Assembly: GCA_904063045.1 (NCBI GenBank)
Contig: CAJFCJ010000012.1
Coordinates: forward strand, 1,984,001 to 2,048,000
DNA: 64,000 nucleotides
Source of the DNA: Dimorphilus gyrociliatus
Taxonomy: Eukaryota; Animalia; Annelida
Reading direction: 5' to 3'
The position numbers and the translations under genes were made by a program. The notes under the pieces were generated by a model, which was not told the DNA's origin, ran no database searches, and saw nothing but the letters and a program-made list of their open reading frames with translations. Below, piece by piece: positions 12,589-23,476 of the stretch (positions are counted from its first letter, which is position 1; each line of letters starts with the position of its first letter).

Positions 12589-14255
12589 ATGTATAGTTTT
12601 GCATCGTTTAACGAAGTAACTACTACCAATGATAAAAACATTACATATGTTGATTTTGTACCCTCTTGTACAAAAAAATCTGGCATCGTTTCAAAGTCCA
12701 AGTTTCAACCATTTAGGTTTGCTATATGCTTTTCTTTATTATCAATAATTATTAATTTCTCTTTTACTATTCTAATATAGCGAATTGATGAATAAGGCTA
12801 ATAAATGGTTAAATGAACATCCTAATTTCGCTGTTAAAGGGTGTGAAACAATTGGAAGTAGTGTAAGTTCAGAACAAGCTGTAGGAGAATGTACCGACAC
12901 CCAGAAAACAAACTATCATATAAAAATAACAACACGAACTCACAGTCAAGGTAATACGACCACACATACTTACATTTTCAACATCTGGATTCTGAAATGT
13001 TTAAGGTATTTTATCAGTTTGTTTTATAGAAGTAAAACTGTTGAGTTATTAAGGATTTCTTTTACATATAGGCTACATATTCAACCGAAAGGAAGTGACG
13101 AATCACCCGAACCTCATCAGATAGGATCTTTACATATTATACCAGATCTTATCTCTGAAAGTGGAATTCTTAGTAAAGCAAAATATAGCGCATATAGTGA
13201 TACACTGAAAAAAGCCAATGAATATGTGAATAGAAACCCCATACCTGGAAAAATTCTTAATATTGAGGCTGTTGCCATTAAAAGAAAAAATAATAAGATA
13301 AAGGATGACGGGTAAATGTATTACTAGTATAGTTTCTAAAGTCTATACTTATATTCTACTTTACAGGAGTTTACTTTTCGAAAGTACTGAAGATAATGGG
13401 AACTTGACCACAATGTTTAGAATATTCTATTTAATTGGACGTCCATTATACGAGAAAATAGGTTTGTTTTTTTTTTTAACATAGAACCTCTCTAAGCTGA
13501 TTAAAAAAAGTGCTTTGTTTCGAAATGATGAATTTACATTAAAAAACTAGTATATCCTATTATTCTCTTCCGAAAGGTTCACAAGATTTTTTTCCTGAAA
13601 TAATTAAAAAAAAAGGATTGTTTTCAAAGAATAAATTTGGAACATTTTCCCCAACATTTGAAAATGTAAATAGATGGGCTTCATGTCAGACTTCAATCCG
13701 AATCACAAACGTACAAACTCTAAATATTTCCTCTGATAAAGGTACCAAACAATTATGTTATACTCTGAAATGTATGAACTACTATATAATCTATCGTTTT
13801 TAGCATTAAAGCCAAATATCAGTGAAAGAATTGATTATATAGTACCTAGACATACGATACGGGACTACTTCAACATCATGAGAGTATTTTATGTTACTGG
13901 ACCAGATATTAGAATTGATTATTCTATTGGTATATCGTGTAAGGCATTTCAACCTGCTCTATTGATGTGGAAATCTTCTGTAAAGAATACTTTTGAAACA
14001 TTCAAAGAATTTTATGTTAGAGAAATTGTACCATTCATATCATACAACTCACATGCTCAAATCATCAATTTTGAAATTGTTGCTAAACCTATGAATGAAG
14101 ATCAAGAGTTGATGAGCCCTAAACGAGTACCACCAAAAATTTTAACAGCAGAAGTAAGAGTATACTTTATCGGACCTGTAAGCGATCCTCCACCAGGATA
14201 TATACAGCCTAAACCAGTTCCAGTTATCAAAAAACAAAGTTGCAGTATTTTATAG
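12589..14255 (+). CDS. Array paralogue F; no PPxY, CSIL C-terminus
   Basis: Six exons join in frame across GT-AG introns: TYVDFVPSC..FQPFR, ANKWLNEHPNF, PGKILNIE, QDFFP..VNRWA, REIVPFISYNSHAQIINFE. Ends KQSCSIL*. Confidence 0.88.
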
Positions 14256-14693
14256 AAAGAGTGCATTTTAAAAATTTTACTGTTGTTCTAATTTATACCT
14301 TCAACGAAAAGTGTGTCACTGGTTGAATGATGCATAATACTTTAATATGTTGTTTTTTAATACATCGTATAGAGATATCGTCACTATATCATTCCATTTT
14401 TGTCTAATTTCATTTATTTTATAATTTTCATTATTCTATGCATTCGATGGGAAACTTCATGGAATAAATTACTCATTTCCGCCAGATGACGCTAACATAG
14501 ACATATAAACAGTATACAATATATAAACCAGCTGAAATATAGCCTTATCGTCCGTGTTTTAGTCATACTTGTAAATATATTTTTGGTCTACAAAAATTCA
14601 ATACTTAACAATGCTACATATTATTCTTCTTATTCGCAATATCATCCGATAATTACTAAATTGCGCATAAATCGAAAAATCTTCCTTGAAACT

Positions 14694-16510
14694 ATGGATG
14701 CTCCCCCGTCATACAACAAAGCTACTGCAAACGATATTAATTTTGAGTTCTGCAACAATGATCAAAACGTCACATACGTAGATTTCGCACCAACATGCAC
14801 CAAACCAAGTGGTATATTTTCATCGGCCGAATATCAACCATTCAGGTTTGTCACTTTATTTACCGATGACTATTAATCTATCTTAATCTATCTTCTGCTA
14901 TTTTATACAGCGAATTAACAATTGCAGCTAATAAATGGTTAAACGAGCATTGTAATTTCTTTGTTGAAGGATGTGAAACAATTGGAGCAACTCCACTTCA
15001 AACTAGAAACATCGGAGAGGTTAATACACAAGAAACAAGATATCATATACAAATTAGAAGACGTCAGGGAGGCAGCAAACAGAACAATTCCAGAATCGCA
15101 GCCATTAACGTTATTAAATGTTTGAGGTACTTTTAATTCGTAGTATATTATAATGAGAATATTTTCATAATTAAAGATTCATTTTGAAATATATAGATTA
15201 TACGTTCGACCTAAAGGAAGCAATGAATCACCTGAACCTCATCAAATTGGATATTTAAATATTTCACCTCAACTGATCTCTCCTACTGGAATTTTTAGAT
15301 TGGCAAAATACGATTCCTATGACAATACTCTAAAAGAGTTTAACCTATTTTTGGATAAAAATCCCATACCCGGAAAAATCCTTAATATTGAAGCTGTTAC
15401 TATATTTAGAGATGATAATAATATAGCTGCTGATGGGTAAGTTAAGTAGTAATATGAATTAATGACTATTACAACGTGTATTGTATTCAATTTTTAGGAG
15501 TCTTCTTACAGAGACAAGCCATTATTACACCAGTTTATCAACAATGCTTAGAGTATTCTATTTGAGTGGGCCTCCATCATACGAAAAAATCGGTTTGTCT
15601 TAGCTCATTCATACATATAGTTTCAATTCTAAACGTTAAGATTAATTCAAATTCATTAAATAATTATTTATAAATAAATTATTAATTAATAGAAACAAAC
15701 AATTATTATCTAATTATACTTTCGTCCATTGTTAAGAATTTTTAGGCTTTCAACATCTCTATTTATGGTTTATATAAGTAACATCTTCTATTTGATAGGA
15801 TCAGCGGATTTTCAACCATCAATAGTTAAACCTGGAGGACTTTTATCAAGACATCAATTTGAAACGTTATCTGAAACAATGTGTAAAGTAAATACTTGGC
15901 TCTCCTCCCAGATGGAAATTAGAGTAACAAACATACAAACACTTAAAATTAACTATCATAAAGGTAATAAAGACTTTTAATAATATTATTTTATTAATAT
16001 CTATTTTCGGATAGAGAGATTTGTTTACTTTATCATTTTTTTCTTTCAGCATTAAAGCCAACCATCACTGAAAGAATCGATTATGTTCTTTCCAGACATT
16101 CTTTACAGCAATTTTTCAATATCGTAAGAGTGTTCTATACTACTGCACCAAATAGTGGAATTTGCAGGCCTATAAATCTGTCGTGTAAAATATTTATACC
16201 TGCTGTTTTGGTGACGAAGATGATTGGTCTTGATGTCTATGAAACCCTTGACAATCTGTATTCAAGAGAAATCTTACCGTTCATAAGATATAATTCACAC
16301 GCTAAACCTATCAATATTGAAACTCTTCCTCTAAATCCGCAAGAAAATCCGGAAGCAATGTGCAGTTCAAGATCAGTTGAACACGCACCTTTGATGATAG
16401 CAACTGTTAGAATATACTTCGATGGAGTTATAAATGAACCTCCAAGTAATGTTATGCAACCTAGACCGATTCCTGTCCACGAAGGCATCAGTTGCTGCTC
16501 TATTCTATAG
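14694..16510 (+). CDS. Array paralogue G; PPSY N-terminus, CCSIL C-terminus
   Basis: Starts MDAPPSY..TYVDFAP..YQPFR. Later exons carry ANKWLNEH, PGKILNIE, ADFQP..VNTWL and REILPFIRYNSHAKPINIE. Ends ISCCSIL*. Confidence 0.9.
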
Positions 16511-17596
16511 ATATTAGTGTTAAAGTTGTATTAACGCAATCTGTAGCTGAATATATATTGCTAGTTAGAAAACTGCATAAGTTTTGTGAACATTAGCTGT
16601 GAAATGACAGAAATGTCAAATTGCCTATGCAAAAGTTTTATTGTGGCTTTCCTTAATTATAAGGGTTACTTCAAAGAGTTATGTATATATACAGTATATA
16701 TAAATTTTATATATCTATTTTTACATATATACCTTTTTATTATGATATTGAAATACAGAATTAATGAATTCATAAAACTTCTATGGCTCTAGCTAATAAG
16801 AGCCATCTGTTGGTTTAGAAATTTCTTTTAAAGTTCCTGTAAGAATACTATTGACAGATGGTATATAATATATACTGCAAATAGTATACTTCTGGTCTAA
16901 ACTATATGCCAGAATGAGAAGAAATAGATAAACTACTTATTATACTGGAATAAAAAGAATAATATAAATATTCATAAGGTCGATGAAAGGAGTATTTAAA
17001 GAGAATGAATGGTTGCTATTTTTCTGATCTTTGAAAAGTTTGTTATAAAATTTCTAAGAAAGCTCACAAACCTCTGGAGAGTATGTTTTTGTAAAAAAAG
17101 AAACATACAGCATCTGTATAAAGATGTAACCTATATATTGGTATATATATATATATACTCCCTAACTATAGTAGGTTTAGCCGATAAACTAAAGTAGGTT
17201 ATTGGATTATTCTATTTTATCTTTTTCGACCCTTAAATCGATTTTCTCCCCAATACATAATCCATTAATATATGATATTTATAGAGAAGAAGACAAACAA
17301 GTTTTCTTTAGAGATTACGTAGCTAAGATAAATAGAAGAGTTAATATAAAAATATCAAAAGTTGACTGAGGTTTTTATTACTTATCTATCCATATGTGTT
17401 TTACGGTTTGCCTGTGGATTATTAGATAGGTAAGTACAATAAGCAACAAAGACGAGTATACATTTATATAATATAATAATGTATTATAAATATATACAAA
17501 AACATTTATTAAATTGCATCTTATTTGCTTTTATCTTTCCCTTTTTGTTGTTCTCTTCTTCCTTCCTCTTCTTCTTTTTCTATTATCAGAATAAAG

Positions 17597-19336
17597 TCAT
17601 AGAATGACACAATTTTTACAAAGACTTGCAGGACTGGCAGGAGGTTCTATAAATCCTTTTGGTGGTTCTTCAATAGGACCATCAAAGTAAACCCTTATAC
17701 ATAATACATACACGTGCTGTAAATTTGTTAATGAGACCATTTGTTCAGTTTTTATCTTGTAAAAATAAGGTACTACTTCGTAGTTTATCACTTTAGACGG
17801 AGAATTAAATCTAATGAAAGGTGCAATTTCTCTATTAAAAAATAGATTCGTTGGTTCGTAATACGAACAGCCATTTCTCTTTTTTAATAAAACTGGAGGG
17901 ACGAATGTCTTATACGTTAAATTAAAAGGTCTTTCAATAGATCCTTCTTGCCTTGTAACGTAGTAAACCCGAATTATCCTAAAATAATAACCCAAAGAGT
18001 ATTTTGATCTTAAATAATCAATTCTTTCAGTGATATTAGATTTTTGAGCTAAATTTAAAAGGAAATAAATAAGAAAACAGCTCATTAATCGGATTATTAA
18101 TACTATATATTGAAGATACTGTTACCTTTTTTATGACAGACGTTTATCGTTTGAATATTGGTAACTCTTAGAGAATTTTCCCAATACATCCAATCTTGAA
18201 CTCTTGCCATTGTTGAAGATAAATTCTCGAATTTACAAAATCGAGATTCTTTGTCAATCTCTAGTATTCTTGGTATGAAATCTTTGGAACCTTTATTATA
18301 AATGTTTATAAATTTATTCAAATTTATTCATAAATATAATTGATAACTAACCTATAGTTTCGTGTAATGAATATCCATGGAGATAAAAAACTCGAAAGAA
18401 CATTGTACTCAATTTAGGCTTTTCAGAATTTTCACTTAATTTAGATCTATGTTTTTGTTCGTTAATTGGTTAATTAATATGAATAAAAATAAGGTTACAA
18501 TTTTTGCTTACTCATCAGTATTTTCCGAATTTTCTACTCTATTTGAGGCAACTGTTTCTATACTTAGGATTTTTCCACCTATTGGATGGTCTTTGAGGAA
18601 TTCATTGAATTTTTTTAGAGAACTGTCATAACTTTCAAATTTTGGACCAGAAAAGATATTATGAAGACTAATGATTTTGGGAATAAAGTCTATATAACCA
18701 ATTTGATGAGGCTCTGGAGGGTCTTCTTTAGACTTCAATTGTACATATAATCTATAAAATTTAGGCATATACAGTATATGTACACACAGACGAATGTAAA
18801 TAAACAAATATCCATAAGCCTATATCTTTATATAGAACTATATATTAAATATAATAAATACAGTTTGTTATACCGTAAACACTTGACGATATTTAATTCG
18901 TAGTATTCTCTATGCGGGCATTGAAAAGGATCTGTTACGTGATAGGCCATCATTGTTGTTAATTTTGAATTTAATTCTAATCCACAATTATCTTTATCAT
19001 TTTTTACAACTGCAATAGTTTCGCAACCAACAACCGCAAGATCGCTATTAATTCTTAACCAATGATTCGCTTTTCTAATAAGTTCACTTTAATAAAGTTA
19101 TATTGGAAAAAAAAAAATTATTATCCGATTAAGTTTCTTTAATTAATAGTTTTCTAAATTACTTACTTGAATCTTTCAAATTTTGCAGATTTAAATTTCC
19201 TTGCACTATACGTACAAGCTGGAATAAGGTCGACGTAAGAGATAAAAGGATTTGGACCATCTGGCTGATTATTACGAGCATTTCTATTGACATTCTGTCC
19301 AACTGCAACGTCATAACTGGGTGGTTCATCTTCCAT
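17597..19336 (-). CDS. Array paralogue H; PPSY N-terminus, CVIL C-terminus
   Basis: ATG 19336 starts MEDEPPSYDVAV..SYVDLIPAC..FERF|. Later exons carry ANHWL, GGKILSIE, SKDFIP..VQDWM and REIAPFIRFN. Ends LCKNCVIL*. Confidence 0.88.
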
Positions 19337-20029
19337 GTCCAAATCGTTTCTGAGAAAAGTCGTAATTTGAATTTCAATATGGCGGCAGACGTAGGAGGTA
19401 TAAAAAAATCAATTCTGTTTGGTCCTAAATGTTACAGTAAATACCCTACGCGAAAAAATTAGGCCTATTCACTAGTTTGTAAAACATTGCGTACAGTAAC
19501 TTTATATAAAGATATCAAAGAAACGATTGAAAGGATTTGATATTTGATAGTAAATACATGTATTAAATGTTCAAATAATTAACAGGAATGTTAAACAGAA
19601 GAGAATTATCGAATAAATGAAGAAGAAGACTTTTAATCTGCAATATCATCTTCTCAAGAGCATTGCGAAATCATTTGCATAAAAGAAACACATATGCTCC
19701 TGAAATCAATTAATATAAAAAGAAACACATGCTCCTAGAATCAGATGTAGGCTAAGTGCAGTTGTTGAGAAGTTTTAAAGTTCAATCAACGTCGACTTAG
19801 GGATAATCAGGATCTGGTGTTGGTATACAAATTGCCTGGCTCATTAGGTTCAATGACCTACTTTATAGGTAAAAAAATAAGAAACATTTCTTTTTCCTAT
19901 ATAACTTAAAGTTTAAATTACAAGCAAGCAAACTTTTTGAACAGTTTAATCAATTATTTATTATACTCTTATTCTCTTGTTACACATCCGTTTTCAAGCG
20001 AAAACATATTGCATATATGGATTTTATTT

Positions 20030-20707
20030 TCACTTATCTTCGTATAGAACGGCGTCTATTGGCATATCATTATCAGTTGTTGGTATATCATCAAATATCT
20101 GTTCTTTAAACGCTAAGGCAATTGTTATTGGTCTTTTTTTAAAAATTGATTCGTAATTCTTTAAATAGTTATCGTAATAGCCTTTTCCTCTTCCGCAACG
20201 TTTTCCAGTGGTAGTAAAAGCCAAACCAGGAATAAGAAGCAAATGCAATCCGCCACTATCGATAGCATTGTTACGATTATCGTCAGATTTGGGTTGTTTA
20301 ATTTTCCAAGAAGTCTCTGGAAGTTTATCATAATCTTCCATTCCGTATAATTCAACCATATCCATATTTGGTCCGTCGTAACGAGGTATAAAGCATTTTT
20401 TGTTATTTTTAAATATATTTGATAAAATCACCTCTGTTCTTATCTCATCAGACATACTGAGAAATACGCATATACGTTCGCTATTTTTAAATTCGGCGCG
20501 TTCTATTAACTGGTAAAAAATTGTCGTTCAATGAGTATCTGGTCTTATATATCTTAATATAATTTTATAGCTTTTATTTATTACCTTTTTTGTAACGATT
20601 TCTGATTGTCTTAACTTTTCGCTTTCCGATAAAGCAAGTATTCTACTCTTAATTTCCTTTCTTAAAGCTTTTTTTGCGGCAAAAGCTAAACTATTCGCAG
20701 CCGCCAT
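20030..20707 (-). CDS. MTHFS: 5-formyltetrahydrofolate cyclo-ligase (methenyltetrahydrofolate synthetase)
   Basis: Two exons. Motifs KKALRKEIK, FLSMSDEI, SWKIKQP, LLIPGLAF, RCGRGKGYYD and IALAF..Q..D..ID..LY are characteristic of the family. Confidence 0.95.
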
Positions 20708-20858
20708 CTTTTAAATGTAAAATATTACTTTAAAATCTAAAAAACTAAAAATTTTAGTCTCGTAAAAAAATCTATTTACGAGTTTTCATTCTTTTATTAG
20801 AACATAAATGTCGAACAATAAAAAAGTTTGCAATATCATTAATATATGTATAGTATTT

Positions 20859-22434
20859 TCACATAAGAGAACATTCACTTTCTTTATGAGATTTTAGAGT
20901 TTTTAAATTTTTTTCCGGAAGTTGCGAAATTGGTCCTCTAAAAAATATCCTAAAGGATATCAAATATTGAATATAATCGGGTGTTAATATACCAAGCATA
21001 GAGTCATGCTCTGTCGCTATGGGAATTGTTTCAACGTTTAAAATATCTGTAGAACAGTTGTGTTTGATGAACTTCGTAATTTCATTTTTATATAATTGGT
21101 CCGTAGTTTCGTACAAATTTTTTCCAAATGCCTTCTTAACGGTAATTTTAGGTATAAAAGTCTGGCAAGATAAATTTACCGGAAGTTCACATTCCGGAAT
21201 ATAATATACTCGAAGAACACGAACAAAATGTTCCATAGGTACATCACTTTTAAAATGTTGTATATTCTGAGTATTAACCTTCTCTTTACCTGTATAGGTG
21301 AAATTTTTGTCATTAATTATCGAATTATTGATATACTTTAATGTTGAAAAATTTTAAATTTACCATCATAAATATCAAAGCTAAAATTTATAGTTTGAAT
21401 ATTTGTTACTTTAATGCCTTTTTGAGATGAAATCCATGATTGAACTCTGTCGACAACGGAAGATAACTTTTCTACTTTGCCAAGAGTCAATGCTCCTGGT
21501 TTTCTAATGAGATTTGGGGGAAAATCTATTGATCCTAAAAACATAGACAGATAAAGATAATAACTATAGTATAATATGCAAATACTATGAATATGAAACT
21601 ATTGTAAATTCAATTTCCGTACCTAGTTCTTCGTGAGCGGGCTCTCCTTGAAGATAGTACAATCTTAATTGAAAGCTGTTCGATCCTCCAAAAGAATGTT
21701 CTCTCATCCTACAACTAGTTTATTAAAGGAGAATTAACAAACGTACAAAAGTATTAATATGAAATTTTGTCAACTTACTCTTCAGGATCGAATGATTTTT
21801 CTGTTCTATAGAATCCAAGAGATTGAACACATAATATTCTACCCGATATAGGCTGTTGCTTTAAATATTGATTCAAACTTTTTAATGTATCATTCCAAGA
21901 TGAAAATTCAGGATATGAAAATATTCCAGCTTCTTTTAATATCTCTGGTAGAATATTTAAATATCCAATTTGATCTGGTTCTGCCGAATCCAATGAACAC
22001 TTTGGCTTTAAATGAACTCTAATAATAATAAGTGAACAGGGAACGTGAAATATTAGTTTTTTTATACGATTTATTCTATATTAATTACCTGAAACATTTT
22101 ATCACATCTATATAACGATCTTGCAGTTTGGTTATATTTAGGGATGGTGTTGTTCCAGTTTCTAACACAGTTTTCTTACAATTAACTATTCCTTTCTTTT
22201 TTTCAGATGGCAAATTTACGCTAAACGTTTCACAACTGACCACTTTTAATTGGCTGTTAACTCTTAGCCAGTCATTACATCTTGATACTAAGGTTCTATT
22301 AATAAAAATTTCCTTATAGGATATTGGAGAAAGTTAACAATTGAAACAAACCTAAAAGATTCATATTTAGGCATGCGAAAATAACTACTATCCTGTATAC
22401 AAGCCGGTTTGAAATCAATATACGTATAACTCAT
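20859..22434 (-). CDS. Array paralogue I; short N-terminus, CSLM C-terminus
   Basis: ATG 22434 starts MSYTYIDFKPAC..YESFR|gt. Later exons carry the repeat-1 helix, GRILCVQ, SIDFPP..VQSWI and FIPKI..YETTDQLY..ILNVE..FRIFF. Ends ESECSLM*. Confidence 0.85.
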
Positions 22435-23476
22435 ATCTAGTTATGAAATAAATTTTGAAATAGACTTTCAGCCAAAGAGTAATACTCCTTAAATGTTAAC
22501 TAATTGCATCAAGACGCACTATATATCTATATATATATATATACACTAATTTATTATATATATATATATATATATTTATATTATGCACGTGCTACGTCAA
22601 GATATTGTGATTATGAATCAATGGAAACCCTTTTGAGATAGTTGCTTAGAAGCGATAGATTAGAAATAGATAAACGTTATAACTTGTAGTATCTCTTAAC
22701 TATAAAGCTAATTTAAATAACAATGTTTAGCCATTTATCAGTATATTGGAGAAATCTTACATTGTCTTTCATAAGACTTGCAATTTTAATTTTATCTTAC
22801 ACTACTATATTTTTACTTGTAGCTACAATGTATATTTCTTATCAGATTTGCTCATTCATAGTCTATATTTAGCATTATACTCTGATATCCTCTAGTTAAG
22901 CCTAATAGTAAAAATGATATTCAAATCTGGTTAAAAGAAACAAGAGAAACTTATTTCTCTTCTCAAAAGAAGACGCAAATAAACTATAGAAAAAGACATA
23001 AAAAATAGTAATAAACTTTCATTTCGTCATTTTTATTTTTGCTGTGGTTGCAAAAAATCAAACTTGAGACCATTATTAATAATTAAACAATCGGATCTGA
23101 TAAGGTTTGTCCTACTTCAATGACGTATCTTAATAGAAGGAACAAGGAGTACGCAATATGTAACATACACAATATATTAGAAATATATGTAGTATTTTTT
23201 AATTATTTATTGTGAAGTTTCCGTTCTCTTCATATAATTAAAAGGAAAAAGAGGCAATGATAACACGAAAAATAAATATAGGAAGTAATAGATAACAATT
23301 TCTTTCTTTCTTTTTCTTCTGCAGTCTTTAAATTAAACAAATTACAACTTAATCTTCACGTTTTTTATTGTCTTCTGGAATTCTAATTACTAAAGCTAGA
23401 AATAAAAATTATATACAGCATATATATATATATATCTATATATATACTAATATATGCATTTTACACTATATAAATG

